Below are positions 55,801-63,955 of a DNA stretch of 64,000 nt, in pieces. Location: positions 14,750,950 through 14,814,949 of the forward strand of contig NC_134029.1 in the NCBI RefSeq assembly GCF_964204645.1. The letters are read 5' to 3'. Each line of letters starts with the position of its first letter. Position 1 is the stretch's first letter. The translations under genes were made by a program, and so were the position numbers. The notes under the pieces are model-generated. The model saw nothing but the letters and a program-made list of their open reading frames with translations, ran no database searches and was not told where the DNA came from. This DNA is from Tubulanus polymorphus (taxonomy: Eukaryota > Animalia > Nemertea).

Positions 55801-58800
55801 TCCCAAAATAATTCTCTGTTTGCCATAACACCGACTGAAGTTTTCAGGATGATTCGGTAGGTAGGTAGACATTTTTTTGTAAAATTAAGGGCAAAAAATA
55901 TTCACCGTTTTATATGGAAACAATTTCAAAAATCTGCGATATGCGCGGGAAATTTGTCTATACACTAATCCACGTGCAATGTAGATAAATGGAAGTCCCA
56001 GAATTCAAATCTTTAGAATTTTCATTTGATTGAGTTCATAGAAATGAAGCTGCAACATCATCAGGTGGAATGATTTCAGGTTGTGAACTTCTTCCTGATG
56101 ATGGCTGTTAGTCAACCGGCGAAACGTTGTGGTTTTGTTTAAATTCATGTAGAAATTTGAATTGTGAGACTTCTTTTATTTATGCCACAAATGGCATCAG
56201 GTAAAGGCTGGCCATAAAACCCCCTGTCGCTTGTGTTCATTTAAATTTGTTATAGGCATACTTTGGGAAGGGATCTTCAATATATCAGGCATGCTTTTTG
56301 AGCAGGCATGTTTTCCTCTAACCGTTTCTTTTTTGTGGGACATATCAACGGATTTTAGCATATAGTATTTATATTTGATAATTTTTACCACTGACATAGG
56401 ATTCATCTTACATGAAATTTGGGTTACCTAAAAATCGGACATAAATCATCAATTAAACAAATTATACAAGTATAGTTTTATTATATTTTAGGTGTGTCAT
56501 CTCTTAGAGTATTACTTGCACGTGAAATGGATGAAGAAGCCCCCAAACTTCCAGTTCTTATGACTGAATCACTGATCGGTGTCTATATGAGTTTACTCAT
56601 ACATGCCCTCGCTTCATACGATGCGAACATCCTTTATCGATTAGTTGCTCATCCCTTTAATGAAAACATGTGGTCATTACTGTTTGGTGGAGGAGTGAAA
56701 AAATGTATGCCAATTACAAAGGAATCAGGTAAGTGTATTGCTACGCATAGTAGGCATTTTTATACTCAGAAATCAGCAATTTTTTAGGACAACAGTACAC
56801 ATCCACGTCCTCCTATTGTCGTCATGAAATCATCATATCAAACAATTACATGTGTTTACTCAGTGATAGTGTGGCATGGGTCAATCTTAAGCGAGTTGCA
56901 GATGAACAGCGCACCTCACGGCTTGAAATATAATCTTATGACTGATGCGGATAAAAAAAAGACTGTTGAGGAAAGTCTCTGTCTTATCATCTGTGTCATG
57001 GTACCTCAGTTCCCAGAGGTCATTATTTTCGCAGTTAATGAGGGTATCGGCTTACATAGTCAGTGCTAATACACGAAAATGTTTTTTTGCTGTTTGACTG
57101 AGTAGAATCGAAACTCATCAGCACAATCCTATTGACTAAATCAAGATATCTTTCATTTTCATTGTCAATGTTTTTAGCAATCTTATCAACTGGGGCCATG
57201 AGGATTAGCATCTTTTTAGAGATAACTGAATTAGAAACTTGAGGTGGTGTTCGAATCACTCAATCATGCACCGAAATAAATGCAAAATATAAATTAGCTT
57301 TTAATGCTACATACGACTTTATGATTGATGGTTTAGATAACACGTGTTTATGTTGTTTTGCTGCCATTTATAAAAGAATAAATTACCCTAAATGAAGGGA
57401 AAATTTTCTTGGTTGGACTTTCCAAATCAAGGGCTGTCACATGGCCACACTAATACTTATACACGGATAGAAAATATAAGTCCTAATAGGTAATAGAATG
57501 ACATATTCTAAACTGTGAATTCACCAGTAGCCACGACTAAAATGGGAATGACAAGCATGATCCGTGGAATTCGATCCTGCCATCTCCCCGTCTGTTCTAC
57601 TTATGAAAACACAATTGTACTGTATAAATTATATAGAGCGGGGAGTGTATTTTTACAAATGTAACCCTCAGATTGCCTCATTTCATTATGAAAAGTTAAT
57701 TAGCTAGCCGTAGTGGCCCCTGGGGCCCTTGTTTTAAAATGAAGCATTCAAATTGTGAGATGTCCATCCCTATCGAAAATGTTGGCAATTGGTGATCAAA
57801 TATGCCTTTACACATTTCTTGTATGCATGATACAGCCTGCAATTATTGATGGATTTCCACAAAACTAACTGAGGATTGGGGCAGGTAAGCTGTCCACCCC
57901 TATTGAATATGGAGGACACATGGATGAAAACGCGGAAATATTGAATACACTGTATTTTTCCTTGAGTTCCACACGTGAACCAGCTGTGAAGCTTTTTCGG
58001 GGTATTTGGGGCCCTCCGCCAAGAAAATTTTAGAAACTAAAAGCGTTTTCGGAGCACTTAAGAGTGATCTTGAACCCACCCACAATCGACGATATCTGGC
58101 ACATCCTCATTCGATAACAATCAGCATCTCACAAATTACAGGTCAAGCCATAAATTATTGCAATTAAAATGCGCTGAAAAATGCTCACTAAAAATTACCA
58201 CAGTGTATAACATCTGAAGGCATTCACCATGTACGCGCGTGGCAACAGTGGTAGGCCTATATTCATTATTACTGTTGCCGGCCGGGCCCCCTATACCTTT
58301 AAATCATTTTTGGACTATTTGGAAAAAAATATTTTTTCAATCAGAAATTTTAGAAAATTAAAAGCGTTTTCCAAGCACTTACGAGTGATCTTGAACCCAC
58401 CCACAATCGACGATATTGTTTTGGAAGGTAATAGCTATTTCCTATGTGGCATATCATCAGTCGATGTCAATTAGCATCTTGCATTACGGGTCGAGCCCTG
58501 AATTAATGCAGTTAAAATGCGCCGATGAATGCTCACTAAAAATCATCACAGTGTATAACATCCGAAGGCATTCGCGTACATGCACGGCAACAGTAGTAGG
58601 ACTATATACTTTAGGCCATCCCGAAATAATTGTATTCTTTTTTGCATTTCACAGTCATAACACAGCACACATTTTACGAAGATCTATAGTGTGAGCAACA
58701 CTGAAAATTTCTAACTGTTCCTAAGAAATTGAAAATGGTTGAGTATCATCGATGGAACTCATTTTCATGCCCATATGTTAGCGATCGTTTTTTGAGCCCA

Positions 58801-61800
58801 ATTATCTGTATTAGGTTTGCAACACAGTGATGATATTACAGTGCGCGTCGTTTATCGATAGCATTGTCCACAATATCACTTTATACATGCCGCGTTTACT
58901 GTTTATGTATCAACAGGGATGATCCGCCTTTTCAATCAATTTTAGGCCAGCCGTAGGCTGGGCCTATTACTATACAAATGGAGCGAATTTAAATGACATG
59001 GTTTCCACACAAAAGGCTCTTTTGCTTGCCAAGTGAGGGCATATTCGAACAAATGACGTATTTAAGCGTTATCCATTCTCGGAATCGTAGCGAGCAGAAT
59101 TTTGAAATAGGGTTTCATAAAAATGTTTTCTGCATTTTTCACGAAAATTCTATCGGGAAAATTTAAATTTTTATCAGCCAATCAGGAAGTTGTGTCTTCC
59201 CTGTGATTGGTTTATCTGAAAATATCAGCAGCTGTTCACGTGAATTATCGTGATTTCATTACTGGCGCTTTTGCGCATGACGTCATGTATCAACACGCGA
59301 CAATACTTCCGCGTTCGCTACGTGTTCGCTGATTGGCCCATTTACTGGGAAATTCCACAGAAGCCTAATGTGGTTTGTTACAAGCGCTGTGATTGGCCCG
59401 ACCCGATTCTGGCACGGCTTTAGCTTAGTGGGTTCGAATCCCTTGACGGGTTAAGATGATGGATCCTATCAATATCTATTGAAACAAATATGTATCCCTG
59501 TTGGGCAGCCGCGGATATCTACCGGAAGTGTTCAGGTTCGACATTTCGAGGTTTCTTTGAATTTTGGATTGATATTGAAATCCGGTAAATACCGGCGGTA
59601 GATTGTGAAAACCCATTGCATGATATTTGTATTACTTAATCAAAGAAAAGCGTCGGGGCCGCGCCAGGAGTTTTCGCGATTCAAGTAGCGCAATAGCCTA
59701 CTTCTTCGTGTTCGTCCACCTCAATTTTCACTCCGCCGATCTCTGACACGGCTCTGTCGCCATCGGCGCTGTGATTGCACTTTCGTACCACTCAAATTAT
59801 TTATTTCCATATCAGGGAGGTCTGGAGAATAAAAAAGTCAAAATTTGGATATCACATAGGCCTGATTTCATCGAATAAGTCGACCATGGTCGTTTCGTGT
59901 CCGTACTAATTACCACCTAAAACCGTCTGAACAATTTTGTCACAACCAACATTTCGTTTACAGAAATCAGGTGTTCACGTACGACACGTGAACCCGCGGT
60001 ATCGGGTTGACGGTATATCCAGGACAGAAAAGTCACCTCACATTGCGCATGTATCTGCGCAGGTTACAACACGTATTTCTCGCTTCCGAGATATTATTGT
60101 AAACAACCACGTGCTAGGGGGATATTCTTCTTCTTCTTCCGATATCTGTCAACATCAACTGGTTGATGAAACACAGTGTATAATAGGTGTGCGCAATAAA
60201 TATATACAGACAATATATTTTGACAACAAACGTATGGACTGGAGCAGACGACTTTTTGACGGGTTGCATGGCTCCTATTTTAAACAAATGAGAAAGCGAT
60301 GTCCTTCTTGTTTATCAGTGGAGTTATGGGAGAGATTACTGGCTTTCCTGCACTGAAGTTTGGTCCGTTATACGAGGATAGAGAAAAAAATCCGGAAGAA
60401 AAACACAATACTAGTTTCTTTAATTTAAATCCTTTATTTCAGACAATCACTTGAATTGAAAAACAGCAATGCTTTTCTTGTCCCCATTCTTTACAAATGT
60501 TACATCGTATATATTGAATACAAATTAAAGCATAGGCTACAGCTGATTATTTCATTGCAAGCTTACAAATTATGCATTCTGACCATACTTGTAGGGGCAC
60601 CTGCACCCACCTCCAATTTCAATCGAACCAAATTGCTGTAATTATCAAGTCATTCAAATAAAGTGAGTACAGTGGAACCTTTTTACAACAAACTTCAGAG
60701 GACCAGAAAATATGTTCTTAATAATTGGTCTAGTTCATTATAATGCAGTATTAATTATACTTCGTCATATATATTCAGTATGGAGGTACATTAAGTAGAT
60801 AATGTCTTAGGCTAATCATAAAATGTCCCACCAAAACTGGTGCAGTCAAACGGCCTTGGAAATAAGAATTCATTGCTACCGAATATTAAGGTGAAGGTCA
60901 CTATGTGACTTTTCAGTCCTGGATATACCGTCAACCGCGGTATCGTCTACTGTTTTACTTCCGGGATACCGTCAACCGCGGTATCGTCTACTGTTTTACT
61001 TCCGGGTTTTATTTTAAGATTTAAAATTGTATTTCAAGATCGATTTCTATGAAATCTTTAGTTGATTTGGTGTTTGGGAGGAATTTTTATTTGTTCTACA
61101 GAAAATTCATCCTTGACGATTGCGCAAGGTTTGCGAAAAAATAGCTTTTCTCAAATCGGGTGTATGACCTTGATATGCTAATTAGCCATGTGCTCGAATT
61201 GCAAATTCAATCGAATTTTATTCTGCCAAAAAATGTTAAATCCTATTCGCTTTCCGAGAGTTAATGGTATGCTGCATGGAACAAAGTTGTTTTGAGATGG
61301 GTCTTGAAGCTATTGAGGTCGAGAGATAACCATCTAGATAGTTCGTGAGAGTTCCAAAGTTTTGAAGACGCTTCGAGGTAATGTCTTGATATTTGGTTTA
61401 TACGTGTATCTACCCTAGACACATCTTCAGGCCAAAAACTGGCCCTGTCAGATTCAAGATGGCCAACTGGCAGCCATTGTTGTTCGCCAAAATCAGCACT
61501 TTTTACACATTTTTGAAGTTTTCGAGGGAAATTTTGAAGACACTTTTATCAATAATCTTGATCATTCGTATATATTTGTATACCCCAAGGGCCCATCGGC
61601 ATGCGAAAAATTGGGTCGATCGGACTCAAGAAGGCTGTCCTGTGACCTTTTTTGTTCCCAAAAATGTCAATTTTGGCCTGAATTCTGAGTCCTGTAGCTT
61701 TCTAATGGTGTGCCTTTTTTCATTGCAATTTGTAATGGGTATTCTTTGGAAAGGGATCTTTTATATCCGAGAGGGTATTTTTGACCAGGCAATTATGACA

Positions 61801-63955
61801 CAATTGGCGGCCATCTTGGGGTCATCAGTACTCATTCGTAGGTGGAAAAAAAGTTTTTCCCACATCATATTGATACTTAAGCATATTTTGCTACCATAAT
61901 CAATTGGAAAGTTGTAGCTCATGACATGTTCTATGATTGAGGTGAGTTTCAAGCTCATTGGTTTTTGTTTGTGGCCACCAGGGGGCGTTGAACAATACAA
62001 TAACTTAGTATTTCTATATTAAATCTGTTCCTGCTGTCTGTGTCAACACACGATTGTACTATGTAAATGATATTGAGCAAGGAGTGTATATTGATAAATA
62101 TAACCCACAGATTACATCATTTATAAAAACCAAATCTGACAGGCTGGCCATTGTGCCCCTTGGGGCTCTTGTTATCATTTCTTAGATCGATGCAAATCCG
62201 TTAAAAAATGGGGTTGGTGGTGAGGATAATAGCATCTTAAGGATAGATTGGTATGACCATAAAAGCGTTTCCAGATCTATTTTTAAATGGGATTATTGTT
62301 GTTAGTGGCATGTGTATACTAACAAGGTTTTATCTATCTGTTGCCCTGCCCTGTGTCTGTGGATATATGTATCTATATTATTGATTTTGTACTGAGTGTT
62401 GCTCGTGTAGTGCTGAAAAACGGCTTTTGCGGCCCGTTACATGGCGCCGCCTACATTGTTCTCATGCAAATGAATAGATGATGAGCATCTTGACTCATCT
62501 TGGAACTAGCAGTATGTTGACGGTAAAACATGATGGACGATGTTGTTTGATTTTCTGAGCGAAATTTCAATGTGAAAACTGCCGTAAAATGATCTAAGAC
62601 AATATGAAAAATCTAATTTTTCTGGGAGAAGGGCCCCCAGAAACCCCCCTCATTACTTTGTGCCTTTGGCACTCGCGGCACTGGTGCAGCCAGTAACTTC
62701 ATGCGTACGGTGTTCGTTATTTCTAGAATATTACGAGATTTTAAATTTTCTGCCTTTTAAATGAAGGCCTGTTACATCCCTGATCAATAATGAATCAAAA
62801 TAGACCTACATTTGAATTGTTGAAACGTCATGCAAAGATGTGTAGTCACATTTAAAATTTTTTTCGTGTAAGCTTAAAAGCCTAAATTCCTTTGCTATCA
62901 GGTTTCTGATTGCCGATTGTCGACTCGAGAAATGGTCGACAATCAGGTTTCTGATTGCCGATTGTCGACCCGAGAAATGGTCGACCATCAGGTTTCTGAT
63001 TGCCAATTGCTGATTGTCGACTCGAGAAATGGTCGACTATCAGTTTTCTGACGGCAATTTGAAACCGAACCACTCACCTCATTTAGGAAAACCCTCCATG
63101 ATGGAACTATTTTGACCTATTCTGGAGTTGAACCAACTTGGTTTCATCAGTAACCGGCCGGCCTGGTTTGATATGTACTACCCTGAAATTTGAAAAACAT
63201 CAGCTTCTGACTTTATTACTGTGCCGAATCATAAGTTGTTTCTGCTGATGTTTTATGTTGTTTTATGTCATCGTTTCACAGGAACGAAATTATGAGCATT
63301 TGTCAAGTCCTAAATTCCCATAATCAATCTTAGGTAGAGATCACTCCAGAACTTTCTCTCTTCCACTGGTGAATGTTGATTTTCTGTGCCACTTGGTCAA
63401 TCCTTGGACCAGCTATTAGCCCTCAGGGTACAGCTAGCAGTTGGCTTTAAGGTACAGTCTGTGAACAGCTTCAATATACCCATGCTAAATCATGGATATG
63501 AAGTATGTACCTCATACTGCGTGGCCACTTTCTGACAAATGTGCCTAGAGCAGACTGTATCCAGTGGCCATGGTAAGTATATCTATTGACATTATACCTT
63601 GATAGTATGGATAAAACATGCATCATATCAACACCATTCTTTCCATTCACTTTTCAAAGTCAATATGCCGAAACCCATCATGGAAGGTTTCTTTCTGGTT
63701 TTCCAGGGTATTCATCCAAGTAGGTTCATGTTCATGTTAAGTATGACAACTGTTAATTGGTTATTTCCCCTAAAATTTCTAGGATCGAGTGTAGTCCCTC
63801 CAAAGGATTACATGACAAAACAGAGGATGAAGCTTCACGTGAAGGTTTTTGGTCCAGAGTTAGTACATGGATCTAAGAAAGAGGATGAGAAACCAACATA
63901 TAAAGAGTTATTTGTTCCACCTGAAATAAGCATTATTAACTACTTCATGACAAAG
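1589..63955 (+). CDS. DMXL2: DmX-like protein / Rabconnectin-3 alpha (DMXL1/2 homolog), multi-exon, partial; both ends outside the window
   Basis: Thirteen AG/GT-bounded exons join in frame. They give DMXL-typical peptides: [141 protein letters not shown]. Invertebrates usually have one co-ortholog of DMXL1/2. Confidence 0.95.
3061..3639 (+). pseudogene. Penelope GIY-YIG endonuclease domain (truncated ORF); mirror copy at 2606-2970 on the minus strand
   Basis: GIY-YIG motifs in the ORF track; upstream part frameshifted. Confidence 0.88.
3742..3804 (+). ncRNA. Candidate minimal type I hammerhead ribozyme (U3-A8 core variant) in the Penelope 3' repeat
   Basis: TTTC | TTGAAAA | G | GACTC-gaagagat-GAGTC | GAAA | TCGAT | C^ | GAAA: stem I tttc/gaaa, stem II gactc/gagtc, palindromic stem III ATCGAT. 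Confidence 0.6.
3917..4057 (+). CDS. DMXL2: DMXL exon ([18 protein letters not shown]...HECEST)
   Basis: Acceptor aatag, donor G|gtatgt, phase 1-1; not in the ORF track. Confidence 0.9.
4385..4810 (+). repeat. Dispersed repeat family D fragment
   Basis: Similar to 23080-23770 and 60940-61250 (GTATCGTCTAC...GATTTCTATGAAATCTTTAG...GGATGACCTT...GCTAATTAG). Confidence 0.7.
6186..6413 (+). CDS. DMXL2: DMXL exon ([13 protein letters not shown]...IAEK)
   Basis: Acceptor ttcag, donor AAG|gtttgt, phase 1-1; continues the ECEST-GGS-W motif. Confidence 0.85.
8134..9447 (+). CDS. DMXL2: DMXL large exon (start of Rav1p_C region)
   Basis: Acceptor tttttag at 8133, donor G|gtaaga at 9447; overlaps the 437-aa ORF. 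Confidence 0.93.
9745..10350 (+). mobile_element. HINE-like repeat (family F)
   Basis: GTCC microsatellite near the 5' end; shares AAACTACT...TTTGTCTGGATATGTAGTT...ATGGCTGACT with 41180-41590. Confidence 0.55.
10457..10552 (+). CDS. DMXL2: Probable 96-nt DMXL exon ([10 protein letters not shown]...[14 protein letters not shown])
   Basis: Acceptor attcag, donor G|gtgagt, open and phase 1-1. The peptide is low complexity, so homology support is weak. Confidence 0.6.
11800..12205 (+). repeat. Dispersed repeat family E (second copy at about 46290-46700)
   Basis: TCACGTACGGTTAACCTGTCAAGATCACCGTACAGTCACGTACG... through GAACAGATCAGCAAT present at both sites in the same orientation. Confidence 0.8.
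12550..18400 (+). mobile_element. Decayed BEL/Pao LTR retrotransposon (gag-pro about 12550-13690; RNaseH-integrase about 16008-18400; RT region missing)
   Basis: Gag knuckles [15 protein letters not shown]...C...GC...HHRLLH; protease [12 protein letters not shown]; [10 protein letters not shown]; [10 protein letters not shown]; SIPRLEL; NPSNIATRG; [10 protein letters not shown]; LINARPLT...LTPNHFL; [10 protein letters not shown]. Many stops and frameshifts. Confidence 0.9.
14547..15990 (-). mobile_element. L2-clade LINE with internal deletions, nested in the BEL element
   Basis: APE ([26 protein letters not shown]), [20 protein letters not shown], and L2 C-terminus [12 protein letters not shown]...[14 protein letters not shown]...APRLWNNL, followed by an (AAT)n/A-rich tail. 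Confidence 0.88.
19299..19732. repeat. Tandem duplication, 220-bp period x2
   Basis: TGAAACGGTT at 19301 and 19521; units nearly identical through TATACGATAATA. Confidence 0.92.
19869..20023 (+). CDS. DMXL2: DMXL exon ([14 protein letters not shown]...WAFHSEAQE)
   Basis: Acceptor ttttag, donor GAG|gtaaat, phase 1-0. Confidence 0.92.
21243..22021 (-). mobile_element. Non-autonomous piggyBac-like element
   Basis: TTAA on both sides (21239-21242, 22022-22025); TIR CCCTTTCAAT.CCAC / GTGG.ATTGAAAGGG; minus-strand acidic peptide remnant starting at 21860. Confidence 0.8.
22629..22748 (+). CDS. DMXL2: DMXL exon (ELLSIVPG...[19 protein letters not shown])
   Basis: Acceptor ttctag, donor AAG|gtatga, phase 0-0; conserved GxGWW motif. 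Confidence 0.92.
23080..23770 (+). mobile_element. Repeat family D (HINE-like), uninterrupted copy
   Basis: Begins TTTTAGGCCAGCC.TAGGCTG.GCCTATTACTATACAAATGGAGC, as at 58940. Confidence 0.65.
23795..23965 (+). repeat. Short repeat family C (also at about 20965-21123, 57588-57735, 62033-62173)
   Basis: GTCTGTGCTACTTA...GAGTGTATT...TAACCC..., ending in the hairpin GCCCC-TT-GGGGC then TCTTGTT (Helentron-type 3' end). Confidence 0.7.
24120..24520. repeat. ~120-bp tandem subrepeats (3 copies; related sequence at 20110-20290)
   Basis: AAACTTGGTACACAAGTAGGGTATCACTTGGGCCAGAACCCTATTTAAAATT recurs. Confidence 0.75.
27117..27776 (+). CDS. Palindrome ORF1, left copy; unknown protein whose C-terminal zinc finger is broken by a 4-bp deletion
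   Basis: 219-aa intronless ORF; [19 protein letters not shown] is followed by a frameshift relative to the right copy. Confidence 0.6.
   Translation: MSFNKSFVIKMKTEEEPNFKIEIKETNKSFSLFNIKNYISATNLVSARYYKIDDIAMINQISSNETYLITELIDTFDNGIKNPKIFNTVLNFKGTLDENIINILKTPFNERNDDIILTKDYNDLINLRIEKRQLYYFNFDNKQIIYNENSSNIGIQCELDNEKSYKDIAVQCNLDDEFRKFNPNEKVHCYCGGKYLKSHKSKHYETNIKTGVKSNNSTL
27816..28298 (+). repeat. 24-bp tandem array, 20 units (GTTGAAATGATAAATTGTTTGACA)
   Basis: Seen directly; translates as (MINCLTVE)x20 plus 4 aa. Confidence 0.97.
28418..28636 (+). CDS. Palindrome ORF2, left copy; 72-aa single-pass membrane-like protein with a basic tail
   Basis: Hydrophobic [16 protein letters not shown] followed by a Lys-rich region; protein identical in both arms. 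Confidence 0.5.
   Translation: MDGFIPTGKSDLKHYLVAGGLILAALIFYYENISKDLINENIKLSKKLKKLNGNNHRNKKNKKVNDLNDLED
28684..28989 (+). CDS. Palindrome ORF3, left copy; hydrophobic segment plus classical C2H2 zinc finger
   Basis: ATG at 28684 (AAAATG); [15 protein letters not shown]; [21 protein letters not shown] fits C-x2-C-x12-H-x3-H. Confidence 0.65.
   Translation: MSENKVLEILHLIYKNQQNIKSIIMISGLFSFSVYTIKQLLEFYDCCKIRYTELIENMNYISDRLNNIKCCEICNKRYKNKKSLRNHMYLHELDEKLYESK
29772..30077 (-). CDS. Palindrome ORF3, right copy (C2H2 zinc finger)
   Basis: Translation identical to the left copy. Confidence 0.65.
   Translation of the reverse strand: MSENKVLEILHLIYKNQQNIKSIIMISGLFSFSVYTIKQLLEFYDCCKIRYTELIENMNYISDRLNNIKCCEICNKRYKNKKSLRNHMYLHELDEKLYESK
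30125..30343 (-). CDS. Palindrome ORF2, right copy
   Basis: Translation identical to the left copy. Confidence 0.5.
   Translation of the reverse strand: MDGFIPTGKSDLKHYLVAGGLILAALIFYYENISKDLINENIKLSKKLKKLNGNNHRNKKNKKVNDLNDLED
30463..31521 (-). repeat. 24-bp tandem array, 44 units, with a 192-bp higher-order duplication
   Basis: Translates as 44 octapeptides plus 4 aa; the variant CAACTGCCATAC occurs at 31061 and 31253. Confidence 0.97.
31577..32227 (-). CDS. Palindrome ORF1, right copy (intact); 216 aa with a C-terminal CxCG...H...H zinc-finger motif
   Basis: [24 protein letters not shown]; internal repeat IAIQCELD / IAVQCNLD. Confidence 0.65.
   Translation of the reverse strand: MSFNKSFVIKMKTEEEEPNFKIEIKETNKSFSLFNIKNYTSATNLVSARYYKIDDITMINQISSNETYLITELIDTFDNGIKNPKIFNTVLNFKGTLDENIINILKTPFNERNDDIILSKDYNDLINLRIEKRQLYYFNFDNKQIIYNENSSNIAIQCELDNEKSYKDIAVQCNLDDEFRKFNPNEKVHCYCGGKYLKSHKSKHYETIKHKNWRKE
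34438..34873 (+). mobile_element. HINE family A, 5' part with internal deletions
   Basis: TTTTAGCCCACTTGGGACTTTAGTCCCAGCGGGCTATTGCGTTCAC matches the start at 24595. Confidence 0.78.
35855..36195. repeat. CACATGTG/CACACGTG-rich low-complexity repeat
   Basis: Dense short palindromic CAC(A/G)TGTG motifs. Confidence 0.6.
36205..37235 (-). mobile_element. Second BEL/Pao gag-protease fragment (decayed)
   Basis: [37 protein letters not shown], protease [15 protein letters not shown]. Confidence 0.82.
37422..38125 (+). mobile_element. hAT-like MITE family (related pieces at about 20320-20830, 44295-44990, 62190-62781)
   Basis: Starts CAGGGA...TTTTCCGG; the 44295 copy starts CAGGGATGTGA and the 62781 copy ends TTACATCCCTG; shared CC.TAAAAGCG motif after a G-rich run. 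Confidence 0.5.
38788..39051 (+). CDS. DMXL2: DMXL exon (VAKTAF...[15 protein letters not shown]...DAVE)
   Basis: Acceptor ttttag, donor GAG|gtatgt; Rav1p_C core motif. Confidence 0.95.
39215..40280 (+). CDS. DMXL2: DMXL exon ([20 protein letters not shown]...KTDS)
   Basis: Acceptor tgtag, donor CAG|gtagga, phase 0-1. Confidence 0.92.
40441..41041 (+). CDS. DMXL2: DMXL exon (DFKTDF...[10 protein letters not shown]...EGFT)
   Basis: Acceptor atgcag, donor AG|gtaggt, phase 1-2. Confidence 0.9.
42497..43521 (+). mobile_element. HINE family A, full-length uninterrupted copy
   Basis: GCCCACTTGGGA / TCCCTAGTGGGC subterminal IRs, CGTCTGT microsatellite, ~150-bp subrepeats, 3' stem-loop and CTAGTT. 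Confidence 0.82.
44090..44193 (+). CDS. DMXL2: DMXL exon (STNVVYQEG...LPAEWP)
   Basis: Acceptor ttttccag, donor G|gtatgt, phase 2-1; joins to WPGV. Confidence 0.85.
46290..47260 (+). repeat. Repeat family E copy; downstream parts also match 13690-13760 and 53130-53310
   Basis: AATATAGCTGCA.AGCAGCGAT and GATATCATACGGATT.TATCGGCAACAGCGG are shared. Confidence 0.7.
47390..47830 (+). pseudogene. Degenerate CR1-type reverse transcriptase fragment containing a 44-bp tandem duplication (47512-47599)
   Basis: Remnants [36 protein letters not shown]. Confidence 0.7.
49108..50233 (+). pseudogene. LINE ORF1 (coiled coil plus L1-type RRM/CTD), one frameshift near 49730
   Basis: [18 protein letters not shown]...DIEVSHRL...IIICF...IKEDL...VWTVNGKV, split over two ORFs. 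Confidence 0.82.
50705..52933 (+). CDS. LINE ORF2 (APE endonuclease plus reverse transcriptase), CR1/L2 group (Crack/Daphne-like), 3'-truncated
   Basis: [35 protein letters not shown]; [36 protein letters not shown]; homology stops about 25 aa after FADD. Confidence 0.93.
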   Translation: MNLEENNVFDGNCSYYQVDSLNNIPIGYNFSLLHVNMRSCNKNFEHFYTAYKSFNCKFDIIGFSETWTSDLEDNSSMYNIDGFTSKFLSRKCKGGGGVALYIKNDISFHTDNQLDIQFDSFEHLFIELSNNVCIGVVYRTGSGLNDFNRDLDLLLSKLTENKRYFIMGDFNIDLSHSSSHLPTTKFVDSMMSNSLFPLIDVPTRVTDTSATIIDNIFTNAYLNHNLSSGAIIWNITDHFPIFTCLNLSQFERNANYKAKPKYFSYREINARNVNIFRRKLLISDWHCITSLTDASVAYSEFFRIFKNLYDDCIPIVKKKYSKFKAGSHLWMTRGLLKSLKHKEQLYKRYVTQRTQSSKARFTSFRNLYNRLIIQAKRNHFIHKFDRAGNNSKYTWKVIKELLNRNSDKNIYPDDFKINNKLISDPDVIAKSFNVYFVNVGPNLANCIPKQSESFEKFMNPQLDHNLFLNPILPHEIELIVRNFKLKNDCGFDDINHKVLKSVIDTISSSLAHIFNLCFSEGTFPDELKIAQIFPLYKSGDKQIVSNYRPISILPCISKILEKLLHSRLVKYLKLHDVLTNSQFGFREGYSTAMAINVITSALINNLDNNKHSIGIYLDLSRAFDTLDHKILLARLNNYGFRGVVLKLFSSYLENRFQVVKFKNHISSPQKLTCGVPQGSILGPILFLLYINDCINSSKLFQFIMFADDTNAFMSHKDLKSLEFLVNRELSNLDHYDSMMNLE
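53938..54204. repeat. MITE-like element with 64-bp perfect inverted repeats
   Basis: 53938-54001 is the reverse complement of 54141-54204. Confidence 0.8.
56492..56728 (+). CDS. DMXL2: DMXL exon (GVSSLRVLL...LFGGGVKK...KES)
   Basis: Acceptor ttttag, donor CAG|gtaagt, phase 1-1. Confidence 0.9.
58020..58610. repeat. Imperfect tandem duplication, ~320-bp period
   Basis: GAGTGATCTTGAACCCACCCACAATCGACGATA and AATGCTCACTAAAA...CAGTGTATAACATC each occur twice. Confidence 0.8.
58938..61250 (+). mobile_element. Repeat family D copy expanded by nested insertions
   Basis: The 5' part matches 23080-23380 and the 3' part (60937 onward) matches 23381-23650. Confidence 0.65.
60005..60936. mobile_element. 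MITE with a 9-bp TSD (MULE- or Merlin-like)
   Basis: TIR GGTTGACGGTATATCCAGGAC.GAAAAGTCAC; GCGGTATCG at 59996-60004 and 60937-60945; empty site seen at about 23381. Confidence 0.82.
61355..62030 (+). mobile_element. HINE family A internal fragment
   Basis: Matches 42585-43140. Confidence 0.75.
62897..63050. repeat. 45-bp tandem repeat, about 3.3 units
   Basis: TCAGGTTTCTGATTGCCGATTGTCGACTCGAGAAATGGTCGACAA. Confidence 0.88.
63783..63955 (+). CDS. DMXL2: DMXL exon (GSSVVP...[20 protein letters not shown])
   Basis: Acceptor ttctag, donor AAG|gtaata; F.PPE motif. Confidence 0.88.

Noticed and set aside
59415-59455. tRNA or SINE suggested by the B-box-like GGTTCGAATCCC (also at about 35518 and 912)
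   Set aside because: No cloverleaf or properly spaced A box could be built.
32949-63073. Numerous 60-170 aa ORFs in the track (e.g. 42512, 59937, 61393, 62806)
   Set aside because: They fall in non-coding repeats or antisense to real exons and LINE ORFs, and show no protein motifs.
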